A stretch of 64,000 nt of DNA from Bacilli bacterium (GTDB lineage: Bacteria; Bacillota_I; Bacilli_A; RFN20; CAG-826): contig CAAFZT010000054.1 of NCBI GenBank assembly GCA_900767605.1, positions 35 to 64,034 on the forward strand, in the 5' to 3' direction. Made by a program: the position numbers and the translations under genes. How positions within the stretch are numbered: the first letter of the stretch is position 1; every line of letters begins with the position of its first letter. The notes below the pieces were generated by a model that saw nothing but the letters and a program-made list of their open reading frames with translations, did no database searches and was not told where the DNA came from. Below, piece after piece: positions 62,003-64,000 of this stretch.

Positions 62003-62908
62003 ATGGAACCACTCGAAGCCGCCTTAAAACCAGAACAGGAAATCAAAAAACAACAGAGAGAAGTCTCGGAACGCAAAAAACAATATCGCGACTTGAAGCT
62101 GAATTACCTTCGCGACAAAGCCGCCTTAAAAGACCAGGCGAAAAAGGATATAGAGGAAAGAAAGCAGCAATATACCGTAGACAAACTTTCGATTGAACAG
62201 CCTTTAAAAGCAGAGAAATACCGCCTCAAAATCCAAAAGAAAAACCGAAACCGAGCTTTAAACGAAGCTCCGCGAAGAGGAATTCTAGAAGAAGTCGGCA
62301 ATGCGACTACCCATGGGGTCGGAGCCATTTTGGGGCTAGTATGCCTAGGGTTAATGATTGCCAAAGCCAACGATGCGTGGAGTTTAACTGCCGCGATTAT
62401 CTACGGGTCTTGTTTCTTTTTGCAGATGCTTTTCTCCTGCCTCTACCATTCCTTCCGCTGCGGATCGACGGTCAAGCGCATCTTCCGCCGCTTCGACTAT
62501 TCTTCGATTTATCTTGCGATTGGGGGCACCTTCGCGCCATTATGGCTCATTTACATGCGAACCAAGATGTGGGGGGACGTCGCCTCAATCGCCTTCATCT
62601 CCGTCCAATGGACCCTCATCGCCTTAGGCATCACTTTTGTCGCTGTCTTTGGACCCGGAAGAGTTCGTTGGCTCCATTTCACTTTGTATTTTGTGATTGG
62701 CTGGAGTGCCATTTTGTTCTTTCCTTATTGGATTCGCGGGGACATCCCCTTGCTCCTTTGGGAAATCATCGGAGGATCCGTCTATACCCTCGGCATGATT
62801 CCCTTCGCCTTGTTAAAAAAGAAACCCGTCGCTCATTTCATTTGGCACTTCTTCGTTTTAGCAGGCGCCATCCTCATGTGGACGGGCCTTTATCTCTACG
62901 TTTTCTAA
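62003..62908 (+). CDS. hemolysin III / PAQR-family membrane protein with an N-terminal charged extension
   Basis: ORF track 61982..62908. The ATG at 62003, 6 nt behind AGGAGGG, is preferred. 7-TM core from about residue 95 (EEVGNATTHGVGA ... HFIWHFFVLAG). The first ~90 aa are K/E/Q-rich. Confidence 0.86.
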   Translation: MEPLEAALKPEQEIKKQQREVSERKKQYRDLKLNYLRDKAALKDQAKKDIEERKQQYTVDKLSIEQPLKAEKYRLKIQKKNRNRALNEAPRRGILEEVGNATTHGVGAILGLVCLGLMIAKANDAWSLTAAIIYGSCFFLQMLFSCLYHSFRCGSTVKRIFRRFDYSSIYLAIGGTFAPLWLIYMRTKMWGDVASIAFISVQWTLIALGITFVAVFGPGRVRWLHFTLYFVIGWSAILFFPYWIRGDIPLLLWEIIGGSVYTLGMIPFALLKKKPVAHFIWHFFVLAGAILMWTGLYLYVF

Positions 62909-62923
62909 ATCGCCTTTCTGACT

Positions 62924-62960
62924 GCCACGTCTTCCCCTTCGAGGCGTGGTTTTTGTTTTT
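62924..62960 (+). terminator. intrinsic terminator after hlyIII
   Basis: Stem 62924-62933 / 62941-62950 (10 bp including G-U pairs) followed by TTTTGTTTTT. Confidence 0.7.
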
Positions 62961-63039
62961 CCGTTCCATGTTTTTTGCTCTCGATAAAATTCTTTTAAAA
63001 AATAATGCGAACCGCTAAAAAAGCGCTAAAATAAAAAAC

Positions 63040-64000
63040 ATGATTGACGTGAAGGGGTTAGAACGCGTTTTCGTTAGCGGTAAGCACATAACCAAAGCCC
63101 TAAAAGGCATTGATTTGACGTTGCCAAACACCGGGCTTGTTTTCATTATCGGCAAATCCGGAAGCGGCAAATCCACCTTATTAAATCTCATCGCGGGGCT
63201 TGATAAGCCCACCGCTGGGCAGATTCTTTTTAACGGCAAAGACGTCTGCAAGTTCAACGAGAAGCAATTGGACGAATACCACTATTCCAACATCGGCTTC
63301 ATCTTTCAGAATTATTGTTTGATTGACGAAATGAGCGTCGAAGCCAATATTGCCATGGGCTTAAAAGAAAAGCCCAAGCATATCAAACATCAAATCCAAC
63401 AGGCATTGGATGATGTGGCCCTAAGCGAAATTGCCAAAAAACGAGTCAAGCATCTTAGCGGCGGACAAAAGCAACGCATTGCGATCGCAAGGGCTTTAAT
63501 CAAAGATCCGCCTGTTTTGCTTTGTGATGAGCCTACCGGAAACTTAGACCGTCAATCCTCTGAAGACGTGCTCAAAATTTTAAAAAGACGTTCGAGAACT
63601 TCCCTTGTTTTGGTCGTCTCCCATAACCTGCCCGAAGCCTATCGCTTCGCCGACCGCATCATCACGTTGACTAAAGGCTTTATCGTAGAAGACCTTTCTT
63701 TCCGTCCGGAAAGCCACGCGGATACCGAAACCTTATATTTGTCTAACCCGGATGAAATGACTCCCGAACAAATTGAAGGGGTCAACAAGGCTTTGGCGGA
63801 AGGCCGTATCAAACGGATCCAGCCCCGAAAAGAACTTTTTCAGCCAAGTATCCCCTGTCCCGATGAGCATGGAGAAGAAAAGAAGCTAAAGGGGCATTTC
63901 TTCACGCCGATTCCCACGATGATGAAGACTATCAACCATTCCAAATGGCGAATGGCCCTTTTCCCCATCCTCACGGGCATTTTGCTTTCTTTGTTCTCTT
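63040..64000 (+). CDS. ABC transporter, fused ATPase-permease (MacB/FtsX type), 3'-truncated by the window end
   Basis: Not in the ORF track because there is no stop before 64000. My translation from the ATG at 63040: MIDVKGLERVF...GKSGSGKSTLLN (Walker A), LSGGQKQRIAIARAL, LLCDEPTGNLD. After about 300 aa a hydrophobic segment, WRMALFPILTGILLSLFS, begins. Confidence 0.88.
   Translation, partial: MIDVKGLERVFVSGKHITKALKGIDLTLPNTGLVFIIGKSGSGKSTLLNLIAGLDKPTAGQILFNGKDVCKFNEKQLDEYHYSNIGFIFQNYCLIDEMSVEANIAMGLKEKPKHIKHQIQQALDDVALSEIAKKRVKHLSGGQKQRIAIARALIKDPPVLLCDEPTGNLDRQSSEDVLKILKRRSRTSLVLVVSHNLPEAYRFADRIITLTKGFIVEDLSFRPESHADTETLYLSNPDEMTPEQIEGVNKALAEGRIKRIQPRKELFQPSIPCPDEHGEEKKLKGHFFTPIPTMMKTINHSKWRMALFPILTGILLSLFS

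Noticed and set aside
62341-63018. 225-aa plus-strand ORF in an alternative frame of hlyIII; also the 80-aa minus-strand ORF at 63015-63257
   Set aside because: The first is an Arg/Leu/His-rich out-of-frame translation of the hlyIII gene. The second is the antisense shadow of the ABC ATPase gene that starts at 63040.
1-64000. CRISPR arrays, IS elements, integrases, prophage or toxin-antitoxin modules; genetic code 4
   Set aside because: I saw no direct-repeat/spacer arrays and no transposase-, integrase- or phage-like ORFs. Long ORFs are intact under code 11 and several genes end in TGA.

Overview
This is a 64-kb chromosomal window from a low/mid-GC, strictly or facultatively anaerobic Bacillota-type genome. 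Gene content suggests a wall-less Mollicutes/Erysipelotrichia-like gut lineage that uses the standard genetic code, because TGA is used as a stop. Supporting content: two glycolipid-type GT4 transferases plus a flippase-like protein, abundant lipoproteins, an extended PotA, cytoplasmic host-glycan hydrolases, PFL and NrdDG. I call about 52 protein genes and 2 tRNAs (Arg-CCG, Leu-CAG). I also call one FMN riboswitch, a CIRCE element, two identical FNR boxes, a Fur-family-like 7-1-7 box and several intrinsic terminators. I found no rRNA, CRISPR array, transposase, integrase or prophage gene. Gene blocks (all minus strand unless noted): an AlbA_2/ATPase/wHTH protein; a TetR-gated glycerol-3-P dehydrogenase + AGPS-like oxidase + lipid kinase operon; GH3; GT4; thyA-folA; potABCD; ribU; sufCDSUB-mnmG-rsmG-parAB; two large PrsA-like lipoproteins (+); HIT (+); flippase-GT4-recX-yhaM; nadE; degV (+); fnr-pflA-pflB; nrdDG (+); GH95-GH20 and an epimerase (+); htpG; recN (+); DUF362; hlyIII (+); and a truncated ABC ATPase-permease (+). 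The most interesting candidate for an undescribed system is the TetR-controlled operon at 1997-8602. It couples DHAP production to an alkyl-DHAP-synthase-like flavoenzyme (SHHHGIG loop) and a DagK-family lipid kinase, which is a possible AGPS-type ether-lipid module in an anaerobe. Secondary candidates are an unclassified structured RNA at 252-350, a terminator-containing leader in front of potABCD, a four-copy repeat array between htpG and recN, and a pair of split-parvulin lipoproteins. All functional calls rest on motif recognition from the translated ORFs. No database searches were run.
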